Positions 16,686 to 26,466 of a stretch of DNA of 64,000 nucleotides are shown piece after piece (the first letter of the stretch is position 1; each line of letters begins with the position of its first letter). Both the position numbers and the translations under genes were made by a program. This stretch comes from an uncultured virus (IMG/VR IMGVR_UViG_3300025133_000039) (lineage: Duplodnaviria; Heunggongvirae; Uroviricota; Caudoviricetes). Below the pieces are notes generated by a model that saw nothing but the letters and a program-made list of their open reading frames with translations, was not told the origin of the DNA and ran no database searches. The stretch lies in IMG/VR virus record IMGVR_UViG_3300025133_000039; one strand, written 5' to 3'.

Positions 16686-17457
16686 CGTCCCTGGTGGAGC
16701 TAGCAATGTGGCTGCAAACTGTCGAGCGTTACTAGGAGACAGATTCCATGTTGACCAAATCCTAAGAGTAGAAGATCTAGGCCCAGGCAAAAAGCCCTGG
16801 TCCATGAACTACTTTATGGACGAAAACATGAAAGTGGTGTTTGAGCACCCCGAACAAAAACTTGATACAGCCAAGTCCTATTACTGGAGAGAACAATTAA
16901 GATGTCTTACCCAGTTGCAAGAAATCACTAGCCGTGTAATTGTACTGTCAGATTACGACAAGGGAGCCCTCAACGGGGCTCTCCCTGTTCGTTTCGATCG
17001 AGGAATCTATTGCAGTGTAGCAATTGTAGACAGCCGATATCGCAGTATTAATCCCGAGATTCTTAAACACATCGGTGGGTGCAAGATTTGGCACGCGACA
17101 GGTGACGAACTAGATCTCGAATGGGCCCAGGCTATGGGGTTCGACTACATTGTGCACACTGACGGACCTAACGCGGTCATTCTGTACAGAAGTAACTTCA
17201 AGTTTTTACCATTAGGTCCATACCGTGACGGTTATGATGCTTATTTCAGACTAGAAGTGCCTGACACAAAAGTTGTCAACTCTTGCGGTGCAGGAGACAC
17301 AATGGTCGCAGCCATAGCAAGCTGGTACATGATGAATTCCAGAAATCCCAACAACGATCGTCTAGAAGAAGCTGTCCGGTTTGGTATAAGCTGCTGCCAA
17401 GAAGTAATTCAGACACCATTCACTGCTGTCACTACTAACAAAATCACAAACGCATAG
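16591..17457 (+). CDS. PfkB-family sugar kinase resembling RfaE/HldE domain I (heptose-7-phosphate kinase, HldA-like)
   Basis: Motifs MGDPMVDNY, PGGASNVAAN, VLSDYDKG and VVNSCGAGDT. Confidence 0.8.
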   Translation: MEVLTIMGDPMVDNYHCGMMEGLRLRKTDSHSVPGGASNVAANCRALLGDRFHVDQILRVEDLGPGKKPWSMNYFMDENMKVVFEHPEQKLDTAKSYYWREQLRCLTQLQEITSRVIVLSDYDKGALNGALPVRFDRGIYCSVAIVDSRYRSINPEILKHIGGCKIWHATGDELDLEWAQAMGFDYIVHTDGPNAVILYRSNFKFLPLGPYRDGYDAYFRLEVPDTKVVNSCGAGDTMVAAIASWYMMNSRNPNNDRLEEAVRFGISCCQEVIQTPFTAVTTNKITNA

Positions 17458-17466
17458 GAGCGTCAA

Positions 17467-19974
17467 TTGTACATCACCAACCTCGAAGAGGCTGTTGAGA
17501 CTCTACGTGGTCGCCTACGAGACTACCTTGTAATCAAGCTAGGCATTCGATCAAATGCACGCAAGTTCAACTGTTACGTACATAATGAAAACACGCCTTC
17601 GATGGCGTTTAACCCAAAGAAAAACGACGAGCAAGTCTACTGCTTTGGGTGTAATGCAAGCCACGATATCTTCGCGGCTGCAGCAGAGCTAGAGAACCTG
17701 CCCTCCTCTGGGCCGGGCTGGGTTACTCAGACGATTCCGTCACTATGCGAAACGCTAGATATCCCAATCTCCCTCGGTGAGCCTTCGGCTTCCGACAAAG
17801 AGAAGGCGAAGCTCTACAAGCTTTGCAAGGATATCTCCGATATCCTTGAGGCCTCCGAGAATCCTAACAAGGCTTACATGGAGGAGCGGCTCTGGGAAAG
17901 CGGCCTATGCACCATCGGCTCTATCTCAACGGAAGAGCTAACTGCTAGGCTCGTTTCAAAGGGTTGGGACTCTACGGACATTGCAAGCTCGCTTGTAGTA
18001 TCCACTTCTAAGTCTCAGTTCTTTGGCGAGGACAAGATTACCTTCGTGCTAAAGGACTTCAGAGGGCGACCTCACGGTTTCGTGAGTCGCTGTCTTGGAG
18101 AAGACGCTAAGCAGAAGTACATCAACAGTCTAGAGAACCCAATCTACGATAAGAGATACGCACTATTCGGACTTGAGAACGCTTTGCGTTCTGCAAAGAA
18201 GGACGGCCTATACATCGTTGAAGGACCTGGTGATGTCGCTCAGGCTAATCGCCTAGGTAATCATAATGTAGTAGCTGTATGCGGTACTGCTTTTACAGAG
18301 CAGCACCTTCTACTACTCAAGAGTCTAGGCATTCGGAACGTCTACTTGTGTTTCGATTGGGATAACGCTGGGTATCTTGCGACTTCGCGAGTAATCGAAA
18401 ACGTACTTAAAGCCACCTCTGGAATGAATGTGTGGGTTGTAAAGCCCCCGCTAGATGACGAAGGCGAGCAACTCGCCAATGACCCAGATGAATTCCTAAG
18501 GGGATTTGTTCTTGGCGATACGCCTGTAGATAGGACACTAGAGGGGTTGGCGAAAGAGACTGCTTTCGAGTGGCAGCTATCGCAGATGTCTATGAATGAG
18601 ACACCGGATGCTATCTGCACAAGGATGATTCCAGCGATTGCTACTGAGTCCTCAGCTGTACGTCGAGAACTACTCATTGCGACGCTCAGCGAGTTCACAG
18701 GGCTCTCTCATCAGTCCATTGCTGTGGACGTTGACTCGATTAGAGATAATCGCTTCAACGAGCGGAGAGAGGCTATTACAGCCGCAGCCGAGTCCTACGT
18801 AGTCGGAGTAAAGGAAGACCCTGACGGCGCGCTTGCGCTTATGGCGCAGCACGAAGACAAGGTTGCTTTTATTGAGAAGCAATTTGCTCGGAACGTCGTT
18901 GGAGTCAACTATCAGTTGGAGCGATATGAAGCAATTCAGGAAGCTCGACGTCAGGAAGACGGCGACAAGACCGGATTCAAGATGAACTGGCACTCAGACT
19001 TCGCGAGGGCGATGGATGGTGGCCAGAGCTGGGCTTCTGGTTGCCTAACCTACGTTGGTGGGCGCGCAAACTCGGGCAAGACTGCAGTTTGCCTTTCGAT
19101 TGCTACAGACGTAGCGCTTAGTGACGAAGACACTATCGTTATCATCCACACCACGGACGATAGTTACACTCAGATTGAGCCTCGACTCAAGACGAATGCG
19201 TACCGGATGTGCTTCCCAGGAATGGAGCAGCCTTCAATTGGTGCGATGGTGAACCCCAAGAAGAATCTTGCGGGTGCTCCAGCTGAGATGCTGAGAGCTG
19301 TGGCTGAAGCAGACGACGTACTAAAGGGACTCATTTCTAATGAGCGACTAGTCGTAATTGACATGGAGGATGGCTCCACCCTGTCAGTGCTAGAGCGAAA
19401 CGTGAAGTATTACCGGCGCCGCCACCCCAGTAAGAAGATCTTGCTAGTTTGCGATAACACGCACAACTACATGGATTTCCTACAGCTGGACCAGATGGCT
19501 CGGATGACACGTATTGCTAATGCTCAGAAGGCTATGACAGGTAAATATCACCTCGGAATGATTGCGACGGCAGAGTATCGAAAGAACATGCCGAAGGACT
19601 CAACCAAGATGGTGTTGCCCGTTGACGACGACCTTGCGGACGCTCGTGCGCTAATGTATAGACCAAATGTCATCTTCCATGTGTATAATGACCTGCATGA
19701 TCGAAAGGATCATGCGGAGATTTTCTGGAGACAGGAAGAGAAGGCTATGCCTCGACTACTCTTGAACTTTACGAAGAACAAGATTAGTGGATTCAAGAAG
19801 AAGCTCGTTCTGGATCTAGATCCATCCACAGTCACTCTACGTTCTAAGAACGAAGAGACGGCTAGCGACGAAGCAAATAGATATGCTCGCGCGAAGAAGG
19901 ATGGTAACGCATCTATTACGAACGGCGATGTCTACTATGTCGATGCAACGGAATACGAGCCAGTCACAGATTAA
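17467..19974 (+). CDS. DNA primase-helicase fusion (DnaG-like zinc finger and TOPRIM plus a DnaB-like helicase)
   Basis: CYVHNENTPS...YCFGC zinc finger, KYINS, VEGPGD, CGTAF, FDWDNAG, DPDE and Walker A GGRANSGKT. TTG start with an AGGAG SD. Confidence 0.9.
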   Translation: MYITNLEEAVETLRGRLRDYLVIKLGIRSNARKFNCYVHNENTPSMAFNPKKNDEQVYCFGCNASHDIFAAAAELENLPSSGPGWVTQTIPSLCETLDIPISLGEPSASDKEKAKLYKLCKDISDILEASENPNKAYMEERLWESGLCTIGSISTEELTARLVSKGWDSTDIASSLVVSTSKSQFFGEDKITFVLKDFRGRPHGFVSRCLGEDAKQKYINSLENPIYDKRYALFGLENALRSAKKDGLYIVEGPGDVAQANRLGNHNVVAVCGTAFTEQHLLLLKSLGIRNVYLCFDWDNAGYLATSRVIENVLKATSGMNVWVVKPPLDDEGEQLANDPDEFLRGFVLGDTPVDRTLEGLAKETAFEWQLSQMSMNETPDAICTRMIPAIATESSAVRRELLIATLSEFTGLSHQSIAVDVDSIRDNRFNERREAITAAAESYVVGVKEDPDGALALMAQHEDKVAFIEKQFARNVVGVNYQLERYEAIQEARRQEDGDKTGFKMNWHSDFARAMDGGQSWASGCLTYVGGRANSGKTAVCLSIATDVALSDEDTIVIIHTTDDSYTQIEPRLKTNAYRMCFPGMEQPSIGAMVNPKKNLAGAPAEMLRAVAEADDVLKGLISNERLVVIDMEDGSTLSVLERNVKYYRRRHPSKKILLVCDNTHNYMDFLQLDQMARMTRIANAQKAMTGKYHLGMIATAEYRKNMPKDSTKMVLPVDDDLADARALMYRPNVIFHVYNDLHDRKDHAEIFWRQEEKAMPRLLLNFTKNKISGFKKKLVLDLDPSTVTLRSKNEETASDEANRYARAKKDGNASITNGDVYYVDATEYEPVTD

Positions 19975-20008
19975 GGCAGTCTCTGCTACAGGGGCGAGGA
20001 GAGGGGAG

Positions 20009-20368
20009 ATGGGGCTTAGCGGCCCTGTCTCCCCTGCTTTTGTTGATAAGAGGTGGGGTTCAGAACTTCACTTTGCCAACAACAGCGAATACTGCATGAA
20101 GCTTCTCACCATTGAGCCCGGTGATGAGGAGCTATGCTCGATGCACTTTCATCTAGACAAGCATGAGACCATGCTTGTTATTGAAGGTACACTGAAAATA
20201 ACGTATATTGTGGATAAGACAGAGAGATACTTTCTCGTAGGCAAGCATGAGGCATTCACTATCGCTCCAGGCTTCCCCCACAGACTCACGGCTTACGGTG
20301 ACAAAACCTGTCGCTTAGTCGAAGCTTCAATGCCTGACAGCGATCAGGATTCAATTAGGATTTACTAA
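20009..20368 (+). CDS. cupin-domain protein (sugar isomerase-like)
   Basis: Motif KRWGSE...YCMKLL...SMHFH..KHET...PGFPHRL...EAS; start uncertain. Confidence 0.75.
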   Translation: MGLSGPVSPAFVDKRWGSELHFANNSEYCMKLLTIEPGDEELCSMHFHLDKHETMLVIEGTLKITYIVDKTERYFLVGKHEAFTIAPGFPHRLTAYGDKTCRLVEASMPDSDQDSIRIY

Positions 20369-20667
20369 TGCCGCGTAGCAAAGACCTCGGAATCTACTGC
20401 CGAGGAGACGAAACATTTTACTACCTAGAAACCGGTGCCGTTCATATCAATAACACCGTAGACAGACTCCGCAACATCCTCAATAAGCGAGGAACGCTCA
20501 AGTTTAACCCTCAGCAGCCACACAAGGTGGACTACATTGTGAAGAGCTACGAGGATGCCAAGCTTGAGAGCTGGAAGATGCAGCCCGTATATCTTAACGA
20601 ATTCGTCAAGAAGCTCGTTGAAGAGGGTAAGGTCGGAGGACCGAAGGAATCGGCATGGGGACGCTAA
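20368..20667 (+). CDS. hypothetical protein
   Basis: TAATG-coupled ORF. Confidence 0.55.
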   Translation: MPRSKDLGIYCRGDETFYYLETGAVHINNTVDRLRNILNKRGTLKFNPQQPHKVDYIVKSYEDAKLESWKMQPVYLNEFVKKLVEEGKVGGPKESAWGR

Positions 20668-21536
20668 AGAAGAATGTACTTATTGCCGGAGGGGTTGCCC
20701 TCCTACTCCTAATAGCCAGTATTAGCGGATACACCTTCGCAAACCAGAGAGCTGAAGGGAAGTACCTAGATCTACTGGACGAAATGGCCGAGGTTACAGA
20801 GAACCTAAACACTGTTCGCCACAAAAACGTAACTCTCCACAGTCTGCTTGATGGCAAGGATGAGGAGACCAAGGTTCTCCGCGCACAGATCGCAGCAATG
20901 GAGGACAAGCCAGCTGAGATTCGATACGTAGTGCGTACCGAAACCATCGTCGAAGGTCGGACCGAGACGGTAACAGTGCTGCCTGACAACTACACGCACA
21001 GGCTCGGGAACGACCTGGCTGTAGCTTCGTTCAGCTCCAACGGCAACAAAGACGACCCAGAGTTCACGTTTGATACCTTCGACCTGACTTTTAAGAATCA
21101 GATCGTTATTGGTGAAGACGAAACCTCTGTACTGCTTACAGCTACTAGTTCTGCAGAGCCTGAAAAGGAAGTGTATGTAGAAGTTGACAGCGTGGTCTCT
21201 AGAGAGATCCGCAAGACGCCTCTATTTATGCCGAATCTCGGCGTCGGTGTTACGGGCTCACTACTCTTTGAGCCCAATACCCAGGAAACGCCTGTTGGCG
21301 GAGCGGCATCAGCCTCAATCTATATGAGTCTGGTACACCCGAACGAGAACGTTGACGTAATTCAGATTCGAGGTACGTTCAATGCAACAGGGGCTAGGAT
21401 TGGGCTTGACCCAGTGTCCTTCAACATTGCTTCAAAGATACCAATCTTCACTGACTTGTGGCTGGCTCCGGGCATCTCAATAGGCTCGCAGTCTAAGTAT
21501 CCAAGTGTGGATATTACGCTAGGCTCCAAGTTCTAG
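20655..21536 (+). CDS. membrane-anchored or exported protein with a coiled coil and a beta-rich C-terminus
   Basis: N-terminus KKNVLIAGGVALLLLIASISG; terminal ITLGSKF. Confidence 0.6.
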   Translation: MGTLKKNVLIAGGVALLLLIASISGYTFANQRAEGKYLDLLDEMAEVTENLNTVRHKNVTLHSLLDGKDEETKVLRAQIAAMEDKPAEIRYVVRTETIVEGRTETVTVLPDNYTHRLGNDLAVASFSSNGNKDDPEFTFDTFDLTFKNQIVIGEDETSVLLTATSSAEPEKEVYVEVDSVVSREIRKTPLFMPNLGVGVTGSLLFEPNTQETPVGGAASASIYMSLVHPNENVDVIQIRGTFNATGARIGLDPVSFNIASKIPIFTDLWLAPGISIGSQSKYPSVDITLGSKF

Positions 21537-21544
21537 GACTACAT

Positions 21545-22300
21545 ATGCTACCAGCCACTGCTGGTCGAGCAATTACCGAAGAGGAGCTACGCACCTATGC
21601 GAAGTGTTCCCAGCTGCACCATTTTGGCGGAAGCCTAAAGCTTCCGCTGCACCTTGCAGTTGCACAGCAAACCTTCGAACGAGTTGTAATCGACTGTCTT
21701 CGCAATCAGAGTGAAGATCCTACGCGCTACTTACAGTCAGCGCTATCAAGATCTGTATCTCTGCAAGCAGAGAAACCTAAGTTGCTAGAAGGCCAGGTCA
21801 GAGAGCTGCAGAACCAAGTCACTATCTGGGTCGGCAAGATTTTCGAAATCTTGCCTCCCAATATGTATCTACCTATCTCGGGTCCGATTGAACCGAGAAT
21901 CAAGGTGGGTAAATCTGTGATAGATCTGCACATCTCTGCCCTGTTCCGCTCCAGGCGGTACCAAACTGTACACGCCGTAGGCATTGTGCCCTACTCTACG
22001 TCACGAGATATCTTAAGTGACATACCATCCATGCTTAAGCTGAGGATCCTCGAACCACTAGTGAAGAAGCACTTCGCTACACAGAGGCCGCAAGCAAAGA
22101 TTCACCTATTCGCCTGGGGCGAAGGTGGCGAGCTACGCTACGAGAGCATGGATACAAATCAGTTGAACGAACACTATCTTACGATGGTGAAGAATCTTGT
22201 AGGTCAGATAGAAACTGACCATCACTTCCCACTGCTGCCATGCCCATACAAGTGCCCATTTAAGGACGTTTGTGTGCCGAGCAGTCTCTCAGGACCTTAA
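21545..22300 (+). CDS. degenerate PD-(D/E)XK/Cas4-like protein
   Basis: N-terminal LRTYAKCS and C-terminal CPYKCPFKDVC; catalytic D/ExK not evident. Confidence 0.45.
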   Translation: MLPATAGRAITEEELRTYAKCSQLHHFGGSLKLPLHLAVAQQTFERVVIDCLRNQSEDPTRYLQSALSRSVSLQAEKPKLLEGQVRELQNQVTIWVGKIFEILPPNMYLPISGPIEPRIKVGKSVIDLHISALFRSRRYQTVHAVGIVPYSTSRDILSDIPSMLKLRILEPLVKKHFATQRPQAKIHLFAWGEGGELRYESMDTNQLNEHYLTMVKNLVGQIETDHHFPLLPCPYKCPFKDVCVPSSLSGP

Positions 22301-23371
22301 ATGTATCAGAACCCCTTAGAATCGAACTACCTAACTGCAGATGACGTTCTGCTATCGCCTCAGAGTGGAGTGTTAGCTTCTCGGAAGCATGCAGAGATTC
22401 AGCCATTTATCTATACGGCTCCGATGGACACTATTACGGGTAAGGATATGACCGACGCCATGGTTGAACTAGGCGAGTTCCCAGTAGTCTGTCGCTATCT
22501 CCCTGAGTGGGCAGAAGTCTTTGCAGAGCATTATGATAATCCGAATGTTTGGTTTGCAGTAGGCGCCGACCTATCTCCGCTAGACGACGGAATTAGATTC
22601 CTAATGGACAATGGTCAGTTTCAAAACGCCCAGTTGTCCATTTGCGTAGACATCGCGCACGGAGATTCACCCGTAGGTCGAGCAGCAATCGAGAAGCTAG
22701 CTAAGATTCCCCAGGTTAAAAATATCATGTGCGGCTCTATTGCTACGGCCTACCAGGCTAGAGCTATAGTCGCAGCAGGTGCAACACACCTGAGAATTGG
22801 CATTGGGCCAGGCTCGGTATGCACCACCAGGCTAATGACTGGTATTGGCGTGCCTCAGCTGTCAGCTGTCTACAACATCCATAGCGGTCTCGGACTACTT
22901 CGAAGCAAGGTTAAGCTCATTGCCGACGGCGGCATTCGCTATCCAGGAGACGCTGTGAAGTACATGGCGGCTGGAGCAGATGCAATCATGATGGGCTCTA
23001 TGTTCAAGGCTTGCCCTGAAACTCCAGGATGGGAACACTTAACTGAGCCATGGCTTGATGCTGATGGGTTTCCCACCGACGCGGTAGTCACTGGGAAAAA
23101 GGTCAAACGCTACCGAGGCCAGGCTTCAGCCTCTTTTCAGAAATCTCAGGGCTTTTCATTCAAGTGTGCCGAAGGCGCAGAAACTGCAGAGATTGAGCAA
23201 GGAGCATTTGCTGTTGAAGTGATTGAGCAGTTTAGAGGTGGTCTTGCCTCAGCGCTAAGCTACCTAGGTATGACCTCGACAAGGGATCTCTGTCCTGAAA
23301 ATGTCGAATTCATTCGAATTACACCGGCAGGCCTGTCAGAGAACAGACCTCACGCAGTGGTCGCACAGTGA
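22301..23371 (+). CDS. IMP dehydrogenase / GMP reductase family protein without CBS domains
   Basis: Motifs DDVLLSP, APMDT, VDIAHG, GIGPGSVCTTR, IADGGIR and YRGQAS. Confidence 0.92.
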   Translation: MYQNPLESNYLTADDVLLSPQSGVLASRKHAEIQPFIYTAPMDTITGKDMTDAMVELGEFPVVCRYLPEWAEVFAEHYDNPNVWFAVGADLSPLDDGIRFLMDNGQFQNAQLSICVDIAHGDSPVGRAAIEKLAKIPQVKNIMCGSIATAYQARAIVAAGATHLRIGIGPGSVCTTRLMTGIGVPQLSAVYNIHSGLGLLRSKVKLIADGGIRYPGDAVKYMAAGADAIMMGSMFKACPETPGWEHLTEPWLDADGFPTDAVVTGKKVKRYRGQASASFQKSQGFSFKCAEGAETAEIEQGAFAVEVIEQFRGGLASALSYLGMTSTRDLCPENVEFIRITPAGLSENRPHAVVAQ

Positions 23372-23565
23372 TTGACGAAATTATCTTGGACGCAGTCCAA
23401 GGAGCATTAGACAGGGCTCGAATCGAGCTATCTGATTTCGAAATCTCTATTTCGAAACGCGAACAAGCTCTAGCTACTATTAAAAACAATGCAAGCCAAG
23501 CTAGAACCAAGGTAGTAAAGCTAGAAAGCTATATCAGGGAAAATTACGGAGAAGAAATGCTATGA
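23368..23565 (+). CDS. hypothetical coiled-coil protein
   Basis: GTGA-coupled ORF. Confidence 0.5.
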   Translation: MIDEIILDAVQGALDRARIELSDFEISISKREQALATIKNNASQARTKVVKLESYIRENYGEEML

Positions 23566-23849
23566 GATTTCCAATGGAAGTGCTCAAGTGCATCGTCTGG
23601 GGAGAAGTATTCCCAGAGGGCTATGAAAACATCAAGGTAATCGAAGAAGGCGAGTGGATTGACGACGGTAAAACCTCCTATGCCACCTTTGTCTTTGAGT
23701 TCAAAGAGAAGTTCTACTGCTATACTGCGGGAAGGAGTGGTTCCTACCATGCAGAGTACTATTTCGATTGGGAGTGGAGCAACGCGCCAAAGGAAATTCC
23801 AGAGGTTAGACAGGTAGAAAAAACTGTCCTAGTCTGGGAGAAAGTCTAA
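23562..23849 (+). CDS. hypothetical phage protein
   Basis: ATGA-coupled ORF. Confidence 0.55.
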   Translation: MRFPMEVLKCIVWGEVFPEGYENIKVIEEGEWIDDGKTSYATFVFEFKEKFYCYTAGRSGSYHAEYYFDWEWSNAPKEIPEVRQVEKTVLVWEKV

Positions 23850-24109
23850 TGGGAGAGTTCCTAGTAGCAAGGGAGTGGAAGGAGTTCCGCGAAGCAGGAA
23901 TGCTTTGGTGGGCGAATCGTGCGCTCCAAGTATTTGGCTGGGTAATCGTCGCCAGCTACGACGATGAAACCAAAGAATTCCTCGGCATGTTTCCAGCTCG
24001 AACTAAGTACCGTGGTTTCACGGACGAGATTGATGAGCGAGGTTTTACTCGTGTTAGCGAGTGGATGCGCTGCAACGCTGAAGAACTATTAGACGACTGC
24101 GAGGCATGA
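23849..24109 (+). CDS. hypothetical phage protein
   Basis: TAATG-coupled ORF. Confidence 0.55.
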   Translation: MGEFLVAREWKEFREAGMLWWANRALQVFGWVIVASYDDETKEFLGMFPARTKYRGFTDEIDERGFTRVSEWMRCNAEELLDDCEA

Positions 24110-24110
24110 G

Positions 24111-24416
24111 ATGAGTAAGCTAGGTAACTTTGTGATTCTGAGCAAAGAGGTGTTCCTGATGGACCCCACAATTTTTGTTGGGGGTCCTTGGTATCATCTA
24201 GCCTCAGTACGTCGATCTAGGCCAGGGCAGCTGCCCAAAGACTATGTATCGTTTAGGTCTAATGAGGGCAAGGTGTTCATCGAGGAAATCGACGAACGCA
24301 CCCAAACCTTCAAGAAGATTGCAAGCGACGCCGAGTGGGCAGATCTTATGCGCTACCTTAAAGAGCATGGTATATTTAATGTAAGTAAGGGGGAGGATAA
24401 GATCCTTGCGCTCTAA
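24111..24416 (+). CDS. hypothetical protein
   Basis: ORF in the operon. Confidence 0.55.
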   Translation: MSKLGNFVILSKEVFLMDPTIFVGGPWYHLASVRRSRPGQLPKDYVSFRSNEGKVFIEEIDERTQTFKKIASDAEWADLMRYLKEHGIFNVSKGEDKILAL

Positions 24417-24828
24417 GAAGACTCAGTGGAAGACTCAGTTCGAATTAGTAGACAGCTCTTCAAAGCTGCATAGAAGGGTTGGCGAAATCTTCGCAACGGA
24501 CCCGTTCTTTAAGACAATGCGCTGCTTTCAGGAAGTGCCAGTGGCAGCACTGGTTCCTGACTACAGCAACAATTCACATTGTATTGATTGGTACGTCCAG
24601 GAGCTTGCAACTGTTGTAGAAGTTCACGGCGAGCAGCACTACAAAGAGACCAATTTCGGTAACATCAGTGCTGAGGAATCCCGGAAAGCATTTAACAGAA
24701 TGCGCTTCCGGGACAACCTAAAGAAAACAGCACTGGAGGAAGCAGGCTATGAGTACAGAGAAATCGATTTCCGAACCGCAAGACGACTCACCCCAGGTGA
24801 TCTTAAACGAATTGTCCTTGGGGAGTGA
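24406..24828 (+). CDS. DUF559/Vsr-like endonuclease
   Basis: Motif QEVP...IDWY...VVEVHGEQHY...RDNLKK...GY. Confidence 0.65.
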   Translation: MRSKKTQWKTQFELVDSSSKLHRRVGEIFATDPFFKTMRCFQEVPVAALVPDYSNNSHCIDWYVQELATVVEVHGEQHYKETNFGNISAEESRKAFNRMRFRDNLKKTALEEAGYEYREIDFRTARRLTPGDLKRIVLGE

Positions 24829-25423
24829 TGAGTGGAGCCCAGGTCAAATTTGCTATTACGGTCCTGACACCAGAACCCTGTTAATCTCAGGGCCTATCGA
24901 CGACAACGTCTCGGCAGCAGTTGTCTCTCAGATTCTAAAGCTAACGCTTCAGGAGCCAGACGAACCCATTACGGTTCACATCAACTCCGAAGGTGGTGTA
25001 TACTCAGACACGATGGCTATCTATGATACGCTTAGAATGTCTTCATGCCCCATCGTAACTCTGGGCATGGGTGAATGTTCATCAGCGGGACTGATCCTCT
25101 TTATGGCCGGAGACCTTCGGCTCAGCTATCCCAGTACTAGATTCTTCTATCACCCGATTGTAGCGTCTGGCGAGGGCTGTAATAGCCAGCAAATGATGCA
25201 AGGGCAGTTCCGTTTGTACACAGACCAAAACAATGTAATCATTAGACTGATTCAGGAAAGATCTGGAATGTCGGCTGAAGATTGGAACTCATCGTTTAGC
25301 GACAATGTGTTTGCGACCTTCAGTGCAGAAGAGTCAAAGGGCTTTAACATCGTCCACCAGGTACTAACCCCTAAAGAGAAATCAGTCACTTTAGGAGATA
25401 TAGAATATGGCATCCAGAGGTAG
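24749..25423 (+). CDS. clpP: ClpP-like protease subunit
   Basis: Motifs ISGPID, HINSEGG, AIYDTL, CSSAG (catalytic Ser), FFYHP (His) and SAEES. Confidence 0.8.
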   Translation: MSTEKSISEPQDDSPQVILNELSLGSDEWSPGQICYYGPDTRTLLISGPIDDNVSAAVVSQILKLTLQEPDEPITVHINSEGGVYSDTMAIYDTLRMSSCPIVTLGMGECSSAGLILFMAGDLRLSYPSTRFFYHPIVASGEGCNSQQMMQGQFRLYTDQNNVIIRLIQERSGMSAEDWNSSFSDNVFATFSAEESKGFNIVHQVLTPKEKSVTLGDIEYGIQR

Positions 25424-25772
25424 AGGAGCCAGAGCTAAGGGCGCCAACTTTGAACGCGCCCTAGCCAAGAAGCTCTCTGAAGACTTAGGCGTTACAGCCG
25501 AGCGAGGCCTTGCACAGACACGCGGAGGCGGAGCCGAAGTCGCAGATGTCGAGATGGACTTCTTCCATGTCGAAGCGAAAAGGCACAAGCAGGTAAGTAT
25601 TAAGCGCGCCCTGGTTCAAGCCATAGAAGATTGCGCGAAGAAAAACAAGCTACCTGTCGCCATCACAAAGGACGACAGGAAGCCGATGCTTGTTACAATG
25701 GAATACAGACACTGGGTTAAGATGGCGAAGGCCTATATAAAGGAGCAGAAACCAAAGCGAAAGAAACGGTAA
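25407..25772 (+). CDS. Holliday junction resolvase-like PD-(D/E)XK nuclease
   Basis: Motif KGANFERALAK...ADV...HVEAKRH. Confidence 0.75.
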   Translation: MASRGRGARAKGANFERALAKKLSEDLGVTAERGLAQTRGGGAEVADVEMDFFHVEAKRHKQVSIKRALVQAIEDCAKKNKLPVAITKDDRKPMLVTMEYRHWVKMAKAYIKEQKPKRKKR

Positions 25773-25773
25773 G

Positions 25774-26466
25774 ATGTACAAAGTACTTCCGACAGATACA
25801 AGACCAATGCCGCTTGAGGTGTCCTCGACACAGTTTGCTGCAGCCTGGAAGAAGTGCTTTGAAAGTAAACGATCAGATCTTACCGAGCTATTCGAAGTAA
25901 TCCAGCCGTTCATCCTTCACTGGGAACAGCTACTTACAAACGCCGAATACGAAAAAGACATTCACTACATCTCGATGTGTAGCCGCCTCTCGCATGACGA
26001 AGAGTCGGCACTCGTAATGATTAAGGTATGGCTAAAGTATCTAGAGGAACTAAAAGTCTCTGTCAAAGAGGAGTTAGAGTTCATCATGATGCGCAAGATA
26101 AGAAACTTCCGTTTCTTCCCTGAAAAGGCCGAACCAGCCGTCGCAGAGTGGGCTTTTGCCCAATACTTCAAGATGGGTCTGTTAGATCAAATACAAGCAG
26201 TAGTTAAAAAGAGATCAGTCATAAGGACTGTGTCTATCGATCTGCTTGAAGAAAACCAAGAATACGCCTATTATAGTAGCTACCCCGACGAGATGTTGGT
26301 CAGGAACCTAAATCTTGATTCATGGGATAGTTACCTGCTATACCTGCTTAGGCAAGGTATTAACTCAAGTGGCATGTCAGCACTAATGCACATGCCACGC
26401 GCAACTTTCTTTGAAGAGGAACGATTCCTATGGGACTCACTAAGGCAGCGGCAATCGAAGAGCTAG
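25774..26466 (+). CDS. helical protein with a possible C-terminal HTH (sigma-region-4-like)
   Basis: C-terminal LDSWDSYLLYLLRQGINSSGMSALMHMPRATF pattern. Confidence 0.4.
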   Translation: MYKVLPTDTRPMPLEVSSTQFAAAWKKCFESKRSDLTELFEVIQPFILHWEQLLTNAEYEKDIHYISMCSRLSHDEESALVMIKVWLKYLEELKVSVKEELEFIMMRKIRNFRFFPEKAEPAVAEWAFAQYFKMGLLDQIQAVVKKRSVIRTVSIDLLEENQEYAYYSSYPDEMLVRNLNLDSWDSYLLYLLRQGINSSGMSALMHMPRATFFEEERFLWDSLRQRQSKS

